A stretch of 64,000 nt of DNA from an uncultured Candidatus Entotheonella sp. Lineage in GTDB: Bacteria > Tectomicrobia > Entotheonellia > Entotheonellales > Entotheonellaceae. Location: assembly GCA_965215335.1 (NCBI GenBank), contig CBDCDA010000001.1, positions 2,048,001 through 2,112,000 on the forward strand. The letters are read 5' to 3'. Below the pieces are notes generated by a model. The model saw nothing but the letters and a program-made list of their open reading frames with translations, had not been told where the DNA came from and ran no database searches. Shown here piece by piece: positions 38,750-49,104 of this stretch (its first letter is position 1; every line of letters begins with the position of its first letter). The position numbers were made by a program, and so were the translations under genes.

Positions 38750-39229
38750 TTATCTCTTGAACCGCTCCTCTTTGGGCTTGCGGAACGGCTTGTGGCAATT
38801 GCCGCAGGCTTTGCCGACATTTTTCACTTGTGCGCCGATGGCCGCCATGTCGCCGGCGGAGGCGATGTCTGCCAACTTGGCGCTTTCTTCCTGGAGACCC
38901 TGCGCCGCGGCCACGAACTTGTCCCAGTCCTGCCAGACTTCGGGCTTGGCATCGGTGCGCCCCTCGGTGATCTCTTTCTCGAATGCCTCGCTAACCACCG
39001 AACTCATGCGCGAGATGTCACTGGCATGCACCCCGATATGGCCTGCAAAAGGCAGCCTGTGCTTCAGAATGTCGGCAATCGCCCCCATGCTGGCCCCCAT
39101 GGCCTTCATGATCTTCTGCCGATAGCCCAAGTAATGCTCATCGTTCTGCGCCTGCGCGCCGGTCAGCATGAGAACCAACCCGAGCATGCCAACCAACAGG
39201 GCCATCAGCGTAGGTTGCATACGTTTCAT
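38750..39229 (-). CDS. cytochrome c'/c556 (class II)
   Basis: signal peptide, R...M, C-terminal CGNCHKPFR. Confidence 0.92.
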   Translation of the reverse strand: MKRMQPTLMALLVGMLGLVLMLTGAQAQNDEHYLGYRQKIMKAMGASMGAIADILKHRLPFAGHIGVHASDISRMSSVVSEAFEKEITEGRTDAKPEVWQDWDKFVAAAQGLQEESAKLADIASAGDMAAIGAQVKNVGKACGNCHKPFRKPKEERFKR

Positions 39230-39587
39230 GATCTCCTCCCCTGTGATGCGATGGACGTGCCAGCCGTGTTCTGTTGAGCCTTCCCCAACCCCAGGGCACC
39301 GTGCTGCTTGCGGCGGAAAGTAGCACCCCCGGCTTTTTCATGTCAAGCAACGACAAGGGGCTGGGGGCGAGCTGAAACGGCTTGGCAACGAGGGGGCCAA
39401 AATATCGCCCGAAGCGCGCTGGCATCCCTTTACGAGCGGGCATTGACCGCTGGACGCCGATGCAGGGGCTTTACAGGCGTGATATACTTCCCGTCCGTCG
39501 TGGTTGGCGATCTGTAGCAGCCGGAACCGCGGCCCCACAGAGCCACGACTCGACCTATCACTCGCATGATAGGAGGCGACAGGACAC

Positions 39588-40322
39588 ATGGCTTCATACT
39601 TTGGTGCCGGCTTGCAAAACGTCATTCCGATGCTCGCAGGTCTCGGTACGATTGTGCAGCTCCTTGTTCTGGGTTCCCTTGTTCTCGCCTCTGTCGTCTG
39701 CTGGGCTATCATCCTCGACAAGTCGCGTCAGTTCCGCCGCGTGCAACGGTATGACCGGCGTTTTCGGCGCGCCTTTCAATCGGCGCAGGATTTTGCCTTC
39801 ATGGCAGCCGCGGCGCGGCGTTTCTCGCAGTCGCCGATGGCACGGCTATTGCGTACCGCGCATCGGTATGCCGAGGTATCAAGCAACGGCAACGCGCCCG
39901 GCCTCTCCGGGAGGGGCCTGGACCGCTTGCGCCAAACGCTCGACGCACGGTTGGCGGTCGAAGCGGGCGAGCTCGAGGTCGGCTTGCCTTTTCTGGCCAC
40001 AACCGCCAGCGTCACGCCTTTCATCGGTCTCCTGGGCACCGTATGGGGTATTATCCAGTCGTTTCACGCCGTTGGCCAGGGCGGCAGCGCCTCGCTTGTC
40101 GTGGTGGGTCCTGGCATTTCCGAGGCGCTGGTGGCGACCGCCGCCGGCTTGGCTGCGGCCATCCCCGCCGTTATCGCATACAACTATTTCCTCAACCGTC
40201 TGCACCGGATGGAAAGCGACATGCAGGGCTTCATCGAGGAACTTCTGCAGATGTTCGAGGCGGTTGCAATGCCAGAGTCAGAGATGCCGACGGCCGGAAG
40301 TCACGCGCCGTTGCGGCATTGA
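39588..40322 (+). CDS. tolQ: TolQ (MotA/TolQ/ExbB)
   Basis: PFIGLLGTVWGI, GISEAL.ATAAGL..AIPA. Confidence 0.93.
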   Translation: MASYFGAGLQNVIPMLAGLGTIVQLLVLGSLVLASVVCWAIILDKSRQFRRVQRYDRRFRRAFQSAQDFAFMAAAARRFSQSPMARLLRTAHRYAEVSSNGNAPGLSGRGLDRLRQTLDARLAVEAGELEVGLPFLATTASVTPFIGLLGTVWGIIQSFHAVGQGGSASLVVVGPGISEALVATAAGLAAAIPAVIAYNYFLNRLHRMESDMQGFIEELLQMFEAVAMPESEMPTAGSHAPLRH

Positions 40323-40335
40323 TGAAGGATCCACC

Positions 40336-40752
40336 ATGGTAAGCGGTCAATCATCCCGTCGCGCGGCCCTTGCCGAAATCAATGTGACGCCGTTGGTTGA
40401 CGTCATGCTGGTGCTGCTGATCATTTTCATGATTACGGCGCCCATGTTGCAGCACGAGGTGGAAGTCAATCTGCCGGAAGTCACCAACAAGCCCCGGACG
40501 CAATCAGAGGAGCAACTCATCCTCACCATCACCAAGGAAGGAAGCGTTTTTCTCAACCGCACGGCCTATACCCTGGAGGCGTTGCGTCCGCAGCTGCAAA
40601 TCCTTTCGCGGGCGCAGCCTGACCAGGGATTGTTTCTGCGCGCCGATGCCGAGGTGCCGTACGGCAGGGTCGTCCAGGTCATGGACGCGGCCAAGAAAGC
40701 TGGCATCCTCAGGCTGGGGATGATTACACAACCTGAGCCGGGTACGCGATGA
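40336..40752 (+). CDS. tolR: TolR
   Basis: EINVTPLVDVMLVLLIIFMITAP. Confidence 0.93.
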   Translation: MVSGQSSRRAALAEINVTPLVDVMLVLLIIFMITAPMLQHEVEVNLPEVTNKPRTQSEEQLILTITKEGSVFLNRTAYTLEALRPQLQILSRAQPDQGLFLRADAEVPYGRVVQVMDAAKKAGILRLGMITQPEPGTR

Positions 40753-41759
40753 AAGCCGTCCAAGTCTCATATCAACTGGGCCATGCCAGCCAAACGCTGT
40801 TCGCAACCTCCTTCGGCGTGTCTGTGCTGATCCACGGCCTGGTGATAGGGTGGATGCTCGGTGGCAGCGGCTCGTCACGCTCGCTGCTCTCCGGTGTGCC
40901 GTCGTTTCATACGGTCTCCCTGATTGATACACCCGGCCCTGTCCTGCTTCCCGAATCCGAACCGAGCATCCCGGAACCGCAGCCGCAGGCCATTGCCGAG
41001 CCGGCGGCCATTCCCGAGGCCATGAGCGCCGCGACGGTGCAGAAGGCTGTGCCGGAGACCGCGGTTCCACCTCCGCAAGCAAAGCAAGTGACGGAAATCC
41101 CCGACGCGTCCGTCGAACCTCCGGCGCCAGCGGCCAAACCCGCGCCCATTGACAAACCGGAGACGTCATCAGTAGTCGAAACACGGGTCAGGAAGCCTGC
41201 ACCGGTCAAAGCATCGGTCAAGAAACCAACACCAACCAAAACATCCGCCAGGAAGCCAGATCCGGCGGCCCCCAAGGTCGCTGCCGTGCAACCCAAGGCA
41301 GCGCCAGTGCCCAAGCCTGCCGCAAAGCCAAAACCGGCCAGCAGGAACTCACCGCAGGCAGCGGCTCGCGCTCAACAGACCATCGCGGCCATGCGACGAG
41401 CCCAGGCGCGCGTTCAAGGGGCGAGCACAAACCAGGCGCGCGGCGACATTGCCGCCCGCATGCAAAACGTACAGCTTCAGGCTTATCAAGGACGTGTGCG
41501 AGCGCGTATCATCAACGCGTGGCGTTTGCCAATGATGAAAAAGACCGCGCAGGCGCTCCGGGCCGTTGCGTTGCTGACCATTGACCGTGAGGGACAAGTA
41601 ATTCGATACCAGCTGATCAGGTCATCCGGCAGCCAGCCGTTCGATGCCTCCCTGCAACGGGCCGTGCAAGCTTCGTCGCCTCTGCCGCCGTTTCCGGAGA
41701 CGTTTCCGGGAGAAATCCTGGAAGCCGAGATTCACTTCACACCACCAGCATCGTCGTGA
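40749..41759 (+). CDS. tolA: TolA/TonB-like protein
   Basis: TM SVLIH, Pro/Ala/Lys linker, SSG...FD.S..RAV C-domain; operon position. Confidence 0.85.
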   Translation: MKAVQVSYQLGHASQTLFATSFGVSVLIHGLVIGWMLGGSGSSRSLLSGVPSFHTVSLIDTPGPVLLPESEPSIPEPQPQAIAEPAAIPEAMSAATVQKAVPETAVPPPQAKQVTEIPDASVEPPAPAAKPAPIDKPETSSVVETRVRKPAPVKASVKKPTPTKTSARKPDPAAPKVAAVQPKAAPVPKPAAKPKPASRNSPQAAARAQQTIAAMRRAQARVQGASTNQARGDIAARMQNVQLQAYQGRVRARIINAWRLPMMKKTAQALRAVALLTIDREGQVIRYQLIRSSGSQPFDASLQRAVQASSPLPPFPETFPGEILEAEIHFTPPASS

Positions 41760-43087
41760 GGACAACCATGCGGATCGCGTCTCGCAAACGTGGTATTCTG
41801 GCCTTGGCGCTCGTGTTGTGCTGGGTTGTTCACCCATCGTCACAGGAGCGGATTCGCATCGACATCAATCAAGTCGGCGGCTATCTCCTTCCCATTGCGC
41901 TTCCAGAACTCAGAGGGGAGACAGCGGACCCGGCGCTGGGACAGCAAATCCGTACCGTGATGCAGCGCGACCTCGAACGCACCGGGCTATTCCGCATCCT
42001 TGAGTCAACCGGCAGCGGCGTCCGAACGATCAAGACGCTACCCTATGGTGACTGGTCGAGGCTGGGGGCCGTGGGCGTCGTCGCCGGCCAACTCGACTTG
42101 TCCCAGGGTCGGACGCCGCTTACCTTGCAGCTCACGCTCCACGACGTCGCCCGACAATTGATGCTGTTCGGCAAGGTGTACCAGGGCTCCCGCGAAGGGT
42201 ACCGGCGCATGGCGCATCGCTTCAGCGACCAGGTTCTCCAGGTCTTCACTGGCGAGCCAGGCCCGTTCGACACCCAGGTCATGTGTGTCAGGCCCGTGCC
42301 GGACAGCAAGGCCACCGAGATCGTGCGCATGGACTACGACGGCCATGGCGTGCAGCGCCTCGTCGCCAACGGCGCCTTGAACCTGGCCCCTGTCCTGTCG
42401 CCCGACGGCAGCGTATTGGCGTACACCTCGTACCGCGCTGGCTCGCCGGACATATACCTGCTACACCTGCGCGACAACCAGGAGGAACGCCTGACGAGCG
42501 AGCCGGGCCTGGCGCTGACGGGATCCTGGTCACCGGACGGACGCTACCTGGCCTTGAGCCGGACGATCAACAGCAACAACGACATTTTCCTCTACGACAC
42601 CCGGCGCCGGCGTTTCAAGAGACTGACCAACAATCCGGGCATTGACGTGTCCCCCAGTTTCGCATCGGACGGCCACCGCATGGTCTTTACCTCGGACCGC
42701 AGCGGTTCGCCGCAACTCTATCTCACCAGCGTGAAGGGAGGCAGACCTGCTCGTCTGACATTTGAAGGGACCTACAATACCGCTCCGGCGTGGTCGCCGC
42801 GGGACGATACCATCGCTTTTGTGGGGCGCGGCGAGGATCGCATGATGGCCATTTACACGATCCATGCCGAAAGTCGCCAACGTCAACGCTTGGGCTTCGG
42901 AAGCCATCAGTACGAGGCCCCGACTTGGGACCCGCACGGCCGTTTTCTGATGCACACCAGCAGGGTCGGGGATGTGTGGCAACGCTACATGGTGCGCCAG
43001 GATGGTCATGATCAAATACTTCCTGCCGCCAATGGGCTTGCCTGTCTATCACCCCAGTGGGTGGCGCGTGCAAAATCATCGTCCTAA
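41756..43087 (+). CDS. tolB: TolB
   Basis: AH.FSD, MDYDG, PD40 repeats. Confidence 0.92.
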   Translation: MRTTMRIASRKRGILALALVLCWVVHPSSQERIRIDINQVGGYLLPIALPELRGETADPALGQQIRTVMQRDLERTGLFRILESTGSGVRTIKTLPYGDWSRLGAVGVVAGQLDLSQGRTPLTLQLTLHDVARQLMLFGKVYQGSREGYRRMAHRFSDQVLQVFTGEPGPFDTQVMCVRPVPDSKATEIVRMDYDGHGVQRLVANGALNLAPVLSPDGSVLAYTSYRAGSPDIYLLHLRDNQEERLTSEPGLALTGSWSPDGRYLALSRTINSNNDIFLYDTRRRRFKRLTNNPGIDVSPSFASDGHRMVFTSDRSGSPQLYLTSVKGGRPARLTFEGTYNTAPAWSPRDDTIAFVGRGEDRMMAIYTIHAESRQRQRLGFGSHQYEAPTWDPHGRFLMHTSRVGDVWQRYMVRQDGHDQILPAANGLACLSPQWVARAKSSS

Positions 43088-43107
43088 ACCGTATAGGAGA
43101 GCCCGTC

Positions 43108-43728
43108 ATGGTCTTTCAATTGTTGCGAATCACGGTGATTGTTTTTCTGGCGACGATCCTTTTAGCGGGCTGTGGGCGCCAAGCCAGTTCGGTGACGCCG
43201 GAAACTGCCCCCACCGACATGACGGCCCCGCCCGAGGAGACCGACGCCGAAACGGGCATGCCGATGGCGTTGGGTGATGAGGAAGCGATTGCGGAAGGCG
43301 ACATTTTGGCCGAGCGTGCCATGGTGGCCGAGGAGCAGGCTCGTCAGGCCGAAGAACTGCGTCAGGCCGAAATGGCTCAGATGGCTGAGGCGGCTTTCGT
43401 AAACGAGGACATCCATTTTGCTTTCGACAGCTTTCTGATCGACGCCGAGGCCCAAGCCATTCTCGAGCAGAAGGCCGCGTGGCTGCAGGACAATGCCAAC
43501 GTCAGCGTGCAAATCGAGGGGCACTGCGATGAGCGCGGCACCAGCGCCTACAACCTTGCTCTCGGCGAACGCCGGGCCAATGCTGTGCAGCAGTACCTGA
43601 CGGTGCTGGGCATTGACGCCGCCCGCATCTCGACCATCAGTTATGGCGAGGAACGACCCCTGGATCCCGGCCATGACGATGCGGCGTGGAGCCGTAACCG
43701 GCGGGCTCACTTCGTCATCCTTCCATAA
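43108..43728 (+). CDS. pal: peptidoglycan-associated lipoprotein
   Basis: lipobox LAGC, IEGHCDERG...YN.ALGERRA, NRRA. Confidence 0.96.
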   Translation: MVFQLLRITVIVFLATILLAGCGRQASSVTPETAPTDMTAPPEETDAETGMPMALGDEEAIAEGDILAERAMVAEEQARQAEELRQAEMAQMAEAAFVNEDIHFAFDSFLIDAEAQAILEQKAAWLQDNANVSVQIEGHCDERGTSAYNLALGERRANAVQQYLTVLGIDAARISTISYGEERPLDPGHDDAAWSRNRRAHFVILP

Positions 43729-43740
43729 AGAGGTGCGCGT

Positions 43741-44718
43741 ATGCGACGATTTGCCGTATTTGCCACTCTTCTCCTCGCCGGTTGCACGAGTGAAGTGGAC
43801 TTGGCCCATATGCGCGATAACACGTGGCATGGCACGCAGCTTCTGTCTGATCAGGTAACAACGATACAGGAGCAAGTGGTACGGTTGGAGGCGGTGGAAA
43901 CGGAGAGGCAGCGCGGCTTGATTCGTATGACCACCGCCTTGGATGAGTTGCGTATCGAGCTGCGAAAATTGCGCGGCGAACTCGAGGAATTACAGTACCG
44001 CCAAGAACAGGCCGGCACCGGTCTGGACTACAGGCTGGCCGCCCTGGATCAACGTTTGCGCAGCCTGGAGACCCGCCCCGAAGTGGGCGGCACCGCCACA
44101 GGTCAACTTGGTCCTGGTAGCGAGTCGCCGCCCCTTCTCGAACCGGGACCCGAGATTGGGCCGCCCGTGCCGACGCCGACGCCGGACTTGGATCCCGTGG
44201 CGGAACCGCCGCTGCCAACACCCGAGTCGGAACCCGTTATGGGACCGCCGCCGGCACCGGAGCCAGAGACTGTCGCCGCAGTGCCGCCGCCGGCACCGGA
44301 GCCTGTCGTAGAGCCACCGGCCTTGCCACCCGAGAAAGATCCGGAAGCCATACGGCTGTTCCAGCGTGCCCGTGAAGATTACCAGCAGGGTAACTACGAG
44401 GTGGCGATCATCCTCTTCAAGCAGTACTTGCGCCAGTATCCGCTGTCTGCTCAGGCAGGGGACGCACAGTACTGGGTCGGCGAATCGCTTTACGCGCAGA
44501 GGGAATATAACGCCGCCATCGTCGCCTTCGATGAGGTGATACAGCAGTATCCACAGAACGAGATGGGCGCCGCGGCAACGCTGAAGGTCGGTTTGTCGTT
44601 CGCCAGCCTCGATGACAAGCCGAACGCGCGGTTCTTTCTGCAGCAGGTACAGGAAAAATTTCCCAACAGCGCCGAAGCGCAACTGGCCACCGAAAAATTG
44701 AAACAATTGCGACGTTAA
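43741..44718 (+). CDS. cpoB: CpoB/YbgF tol-pal coordinator
   Basis: coiled coil, Pro-rich linker, TPRs (AQYWVGE). Confidence 0.9.
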   Translation: MRRFAVFATLLLAGCTSEVDLAHMRDNTWHGTQLLSDQVTTIQEQVVRLEAVETERQRGLIRMTTALDELRIELRKLRGELEELQYRQEQAGTGLDYRLAALDQRLRSLETRPEVGGTATGQLGPGSESPPLLEPGPEIGPPVPTPTPDLDPVAEPPLPTPESEPVMGPPPAPEPETVAAVPPPAPEPVVEPPALPPEKDPEAIRLFQRAREDYQQGNYEVAIILFKQYLRQYPLSAQAGDAQYWVGESLYAQREYNAAIVAFDEVIQQYPQNEMGAAATLKVGLSFASLDDKPNARFFLQQVQEKFPNSAEAQLATEKLKQLRR

Positions 44719-44737
44719 GGGCGCGAGGAGGGCAACG

Positions 44738-45493
44738 ATGGGACGACTGGATGGCAAAGTGGCGCTGATTAGCGGCGGCGCGCGTGGACAAGGCGCCACC
44801 GAAGGGCGGATGATGGCGCAGGAAGGCGCCAAGGTGGTGCTGGGCGACCTCCTGGACGAACAGGGCCGTGCGGTCGAAGCGGAGATCCGTGCTGCCGGCG
44901 GCGCGGCGACTTACGTGCACCTGAACGTCACCAGCGAGTCGGATTGGCAGTCAGCGGTGCAGACAGCCGAAGACACGTATGGTGGCTTGCACGTGTTGGT
45001 GAACAACGCCGGGATTTTGATCCGCGCCACTATCGAGGAGACCACGGAGGACGATTTCGACCGCATCATGGCCGTCAACGTCAAGGGCGTCTTCCTTGGC
45101 ACCAAGCACGCCATTCCCGCCATGCGTCGCGCCGCTGGCGGCTCGATCGTCAACATCTCGTCGACCGCCGGACTCGTCGGGAGTCCCGGAGAGACGGCAG
45201 CCTACTCCGCCACCAAGGGCAGCGTGCGCCTGTTTACCAAGTCCACCGCGATTCAGCACGCCAAGGACAACATTCGTTGCAATTCCGTGCACCCCGGCCC
45301 GATCGCTACCGACATGATCAAGGACATGCTCGAAGACCCCGAGCAGTGGGAGCAGCGGATGCGGCGCCTGCCCCTCAAGCGCCCCGGCAGGCCGGAGGAC
45401 ATCGCTCACGGTGTTATTTATCTGGCCTCGGATGAATCGTCGTTCGTTACCGGCGCCGAGCTGGTCATCGATGGCGGCACCACGGCCGAGTAG
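44738..45493 (+). CDS. short-chain dehydrogenase/reductase (paralog of 5996..6748)
   Basis: SGGARGQG, NNAG, YSATK. Confidence 0.95.
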   Translation: MGRLDGKVALISGGARGQGATEGRMMAQEGAKVVLGDLLDEQGRAVEAEIRAAGGAATYVHLNVTSESDWQSAVQTAEDTYGGLHVLVNNAGILIRATIEETTEDDFDRIMAVNVKGVFLGTKHAIPAMRRAAGGSIVNISSTAGLVGSPGETAAYSATKGSVRLFTKSTAIQHAKDNIRCNSVHPGPIATDMIKDMLEDPEQWEQRMRRLPLKRPGRPEDIAHGVIYLASDESSFVTGAELVIDGGTTAE

Positions 45494-45507
45494 TGCCTCG
45501 CCAAAGC

Positions 45508-46089
45508 CTACTTCCCGAGTTGCGTCACGAATGTCGCGAGCTGAGTGCCGAGATCTGCAACACGGGCCTGCAACTTCTCATCCTGCAGGCTTCCGTCTGG
45601 CTGAAAAACCCGCATCGCCTGAGAGACCGTGACCTGCTCGGGCAATACCAACACACCGATATTCCCCAAGATCGTGCGCACGTGCGTCAGCGATCGCACA
45701 CCGCCGAATCCCCCGGCCGCAGCACTCATCAGCGCCGCCACCTTGCCCTGAAAAGCAGCGAGTCGGGGTTCATCGGGCACCGGGCGCGACACCCAATCAA
45801 TGGTGTTCTTCAGTACCGCGCTGATGGAACTGTTGTATTCGGGTGCCGCGATCAGGAAACCATCATGCGCGATCATCAATTGCTTGAACGCCTGTGCCGC
45901 CGCGGGCAGCCCCTCCGCCGCCTCCAGGTCGCCGTCGTACAACGGCATGGCATAGTCCCGGAGATCGACCAGGGTGACCGCCACCCCGGCGGCGCGCGCG
46001 CCATCCGCGGCGATGCGGACTATCCTCTTGTTGAATGAATCTGCGCGCGTGCTTCCGGCAAATGCGAGAATGCTTGGCCGGTCTGCCAT
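45508..46089 (-). CDS. NADPH-dependent FMN reductase
   Basis: GSTR..S.N, PEYN.S....LKN.IDW.SR. Confidence 0.93.
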   Translation of the reverse strand: MADRPSILAFAGSTRADSFNKRIVRIAADGARAAGVAVTLVDLRDYAMPLYDGDLEAAEGLPAAAQAFKQLMIAHDGFLIAAPEYNSSISAVLKNTIDWVSRPVPDEPRLAAFQGKVAALMSAAAGGFGGVRSLTHVRTILGNIGVLVLPEQVTVSQAMRVFQPDGSLQDEKLQARVADLGTQLATFVTQLGK

Positions 46090-46216
46090 GTCTTGCCCTC
46101 TCTACCTGCTATTCCGTGTGCATATCGGCTATCATTTTCCGAGCCCCAATTGTTGGCAACGTCATTCTAGCACATCGTCGTGTCCCCTCCGTTCCACCTT
46201 CGTCATCAGCTTGTTC

Positions 46217-46244
46217 TTGACAGCATGGAAAATCGCGGTAGGCT
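46217..46244 (+). promoter_or_regulatory. sigma70-like promoter for the PQQ dehydrogenase
   Basis: TTGACA-16 nt-TAGGCT. Confidence 0.45.
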
Positions 46245-46324
46245 AGGTTGATGAACCTCCTTATGAAGTTAGGGTCTTGAATCCTACATGATCAATGATA
46301 CCCTTTTATAGGTCCTGAGCCTAG
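46243..46324. mobile_element. IS5-derived miniature element bounded by CTAG
   Basis: 46249..46324 closely matches 25665..25740, including TIR tataggtcctgagcc. Confidence 0.8.
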
Positions 46325-46455
46325 AGCTATGCTATCGCTCTATCAGAGAATACCGATCAGATCACGCCTGTCATCCCCCCCCCCCGGAAAAAATTCAGTC
46401 GATTGCCCTGGGGGAGTTGCAAGGGAGGTTCAGTACGGGGGAAACGCACAAGTCT

Positions 46456-48207
46456 ATGGCCGCTTTGCTGATGGTCGCCTTGGTCATCGTCTGGGGCAGC
46501 GCCGCCTTCGCGGATTCCCACGAGGTGGGCGAGGACGCATCGCGATACACGTCCGAGGAGATCGAAGGCGAGGAAGAAGGACCACGTATCGAAGTCCTGG
46601 AGGGATACGTCTCGCCGGGCGTCATCACCGATTCCATGCTCCTCAACGCGGGCAAGGATCCCAACAACTGGATCCTGTACGGCAAGGATTACTCCCACAC
46701 CCGCTACAGCCAACTCGACCAGATCAACACCGAGACGGTCAAGGACCTGGTGCCGAAGTGGGTCTTGTCGTTTGGCGTCCTGGACAGCCAGGGCAGCCAG
46801 ACCGTTGCCTTCAACGGCAACCTGTTCGTCAGTTCGTCGCACAACCGCTTTTTCCGCATCGACGGGCGGACGGGCCGTACCGTGTGGCGCTACGACCATC
46901 CACTTCCGGGCGACGTCGCCCGGCACTTGTGCTGCGGCATGGTCAATCGCGGCCCGGCGCTCTATGGCACCAACCTCTACGTTGCCACCCTGGATGGCCA
47001 CCTGGTCGCCCTCGATTCCGCCAGCGGTCAGGTCATCTGGGATCAGACCGTAGCCGATTACAAGTCTTCCTACAGCTTCACCCTGCTGCCGCTGGCGCTG
47101 GACGGCAAGATCATCATCGGCACCTCGGGGGCGGAGTTCGGCATTCGCGGCTTCATCACGGCGCGCGATGCCGAGACGGGTGAAGAAGTGTGGAAGACGC
47201 ACACCATTCCCGCGCCGGGCGAGCCGGGCGGCGACACCTGGCCGGGTGACACCTACAAGTACGGCGGTGGCTCGGCATGGGTAACGGGAGCCTATGATCC
47301 CGAGCTGAACAACATCTACTGGGGCGTCGGCCAGCCTGGCCCGTGGGACCGTCATGTCCGCCCCGGCGACAACCTGTACACCAACTCCACCATCGTCATG
47401 GATCCGGATTCCGGGGCCATCAAGTTCCACTTCCAGTACACCCCGAACGATCCGTATGACTACGACGGCGTGAACGAAACCGTCCTGGCCGACATCGACG
47501 GCCAGAAGGTCTGGCTGCACGCCGATCGCAACGGACATTTCTATTCCATCGACCGCACCAACGGCAGCTTCAACTACGCCGTGCCGCTGGGCAAGGTCAA
47601 CTGGAACCGGGGTTTCGATCCCGAGACCGGCCGCCCGATCTTCGCCTATCCGGAGATGGACGTTGGCTACGACAAGGTCACCGAGGGTATCTACCCGGCC
47701 CTGTTCGGCGGCAAGGCATGGAACCCCATGGCGTACGACCCGAATACCCAGATCGCCTACGTGCCCGTCTTTGGCGAGCACGGCATGGACCTGCAGGCCA
47801 AGGTGGAGAAGTATACGCGCGGCGAGCTCTACCTCGGCATCAGAACCATGAAGTTCTATGGCAGTGGCGGCGAGTTGCGCGCCATCGATGCCCGGAATGG
47901 CGAGCTCGTGTGGGTGCACCACAACCCGACGCCGTTCCGCAGCAGCGTCATCACCACCGCCGGAAACCTGGTGTTCGCCGGGGACATGGAGGGTTACATC
48001 AAGGCATTCAACGCCACCACCGGAGCGCAGGTATGGAGTTTCTTACTGCGGCCCTCCGTCATGGGCGGCGTCAATACCTTCACGGTGGACGGCAAGCAGG
48101 TCCTCGCCGTTGTCGCCGGCCCCGGCACGGGCCGGTTAAAAACCCGACAGAAAGGCGGTTACCTGATCGCCTTTGGGCTGCCTAACCCTTCCACTCCACT
48201 TGATTGA
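46456..48207 (+). CDS. PQQ-dependent alcohol dehydrogenase (methanol/ethanol family), probably lanthanide-binding
   Basis: signal peptide, RYS.L.QIN, vicinal CC, EFG.RG, DYDGVNE. Confidence 0.9.
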   Translation: MAALLMVALVIVWGSAAFADSHEVGEDASRYTSEEIEGEEEGPRIEVLEGYVSPGVITDSMLLNAGKDPNNWILYGKDYSHTRYSQLDQINTETVKDLVPKWVLSFGVLDSQGSQTVAFNGNLFVSSSHNRFFRIDGRTGRTVWRYDHPLPGDVARHLCCGMVNRGPALYGTNLYVATLDGHLVALDSASGQVIWDQTVADYKSSYSFTLLPLALDGKIIIGTSGAEFGIRGFITARDAETGEEVWKTHTIPAPGEPGGDTWPGDTYKYGGGSAWVTGAYDPELNNIYWGVGQPGPWDRHVRPGDNLYTNSTIVMDPDSGAIKFHFQYTPNDPYDYDGVNETVLADIDGQKVWLHADRNGHFYSIDRTNGSFNYAVPLGKVNWNRGFDPETGRPIFAYPEMDVGYDKVTEGIYPALFGGKAWNPMAYDPNTQIAYVPVFGEHGMDLQAKVEKYTRGELYLGIRTMKFYGSGGELRAIDARNGELVWVHHNPTPFRSSVITTAGNLVFAGDMEGYIKAFNATTGAQVWSFLLRPSVMGGVNTFTVDGKQVLAVVAGPGTGRLKTRQKGGYLIAFGLPNPSTPLD

Positions 48208-48312
48208 CCGCAGGCTGCATGGGTGGCAATGATCCGTGGCAGCCTCAGTTTTTTTCAAAGCATGCTCAGGAAGCATGGCAAAGCAATCGCAAGAGAGGCA
48301 GAGAGGCGAATC

Positions 48313-49068
48313 ATGGGCTTAGGGGGCAAGGTGTGCGTCATCACCGGCGGGGGGAGCGGAATCGGCCGGGGCGCCGCTCTGATGATGGCGGGGCAGGGCG
48401 CCAAGATCGTTGCGGTGGGCCGTACGGCGTCGAAGGTCGAGGCCGTGCGGGACGAGATTACCTCGCTCGGTGGTGAGGCGCTGGCGTTTGACCTCGACGT
48501 TGCCGACTACGATGCGGTGCGCGGCGTGATGAAGCAGGTATCAGACGCTTTCGGACGCATCGACGTCCTCGTTAACAACGCCGGGCACAGTTCGCGCCAT
48601 CGCCGCATCCTGACAACCCCGCCGGACGAAATCCGCTCCGTCATCGATTCCAACCTCGTGGGGTCGATCTACTGCACGCAGGCGGTGCTGCCATCCATGC
48701 TGGAAGCCAAGGACGGATTGATTCTCAACGTTGCCTCACTGGCCGGGGTGCATACCAGCTACCTCGGGGGCATGATCTACAGCGCCGTGAAGGCGGGCGT
48801 CATTCATTTCACCCGGTTCCTCAATTTCGAGTTGACCAACACCGGTGTGCGGGCCAGCGTACTGATCCCGGGTGAGGTGGACACCCCCATCATGGACAAG
48901 CGGCCCGTGCCGCCGACCGCGGACGACCGCACGACCATGATCGGTATTGACGAGTGCGTCGAAGCCTTGACGATGATCGCCGGACTGCCCAAACGGTCTT
49001 CCATATCCGAACTGATCATCCGACCCACCATGATGCGAAACGCCACCGAGGTCGCCGATTTTCCGTAG
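48313..49068 (+). CDS. short-chain dehydrogenase/reductase
   Basis: TGGGSGIG, NNAG, YSAVK. Confidence 0.92.
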   Translation: MGLGGKVCVITGGGSGIGRGAALMMAGQGAKIVAVGRTASKVEAVRDEITSLGGEALAFDLDVADYDAVRGVMKQVSDAFGRIDVLVNNAGHSSRHRRILTTPPDEIRSVIDSNLVGSIYCTQAVLPSMLEAKDGLILNVASLAGVHTSYLGGMIYSAVKAGVIHFTRFLNFELTNTGVRASVLIPGEVDTPIMDKRPVPPTADDRTTMIGIDECVEALTMIAGLPKRSSISELIIRPTMMRNATEVADFP

Positions 49069-49104
49069 GCCAGCCGCCTCCCGGCTGGCCCACCGGATTG
49101 ATTC

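Noticed and set aside
39382..40335. Long in-frame upstream extension of tolR overlapping tolQ
   Set aside because: Arg/Ser-rich alternative frame; tolR has its own ATG at 40336.
40960..41350. Low-complexity repeats in tolA (and the cpoB linker)
   Set aside because: Ordinary Pro/Ala/Lys-rich linkers of Tol-Pal proteins.
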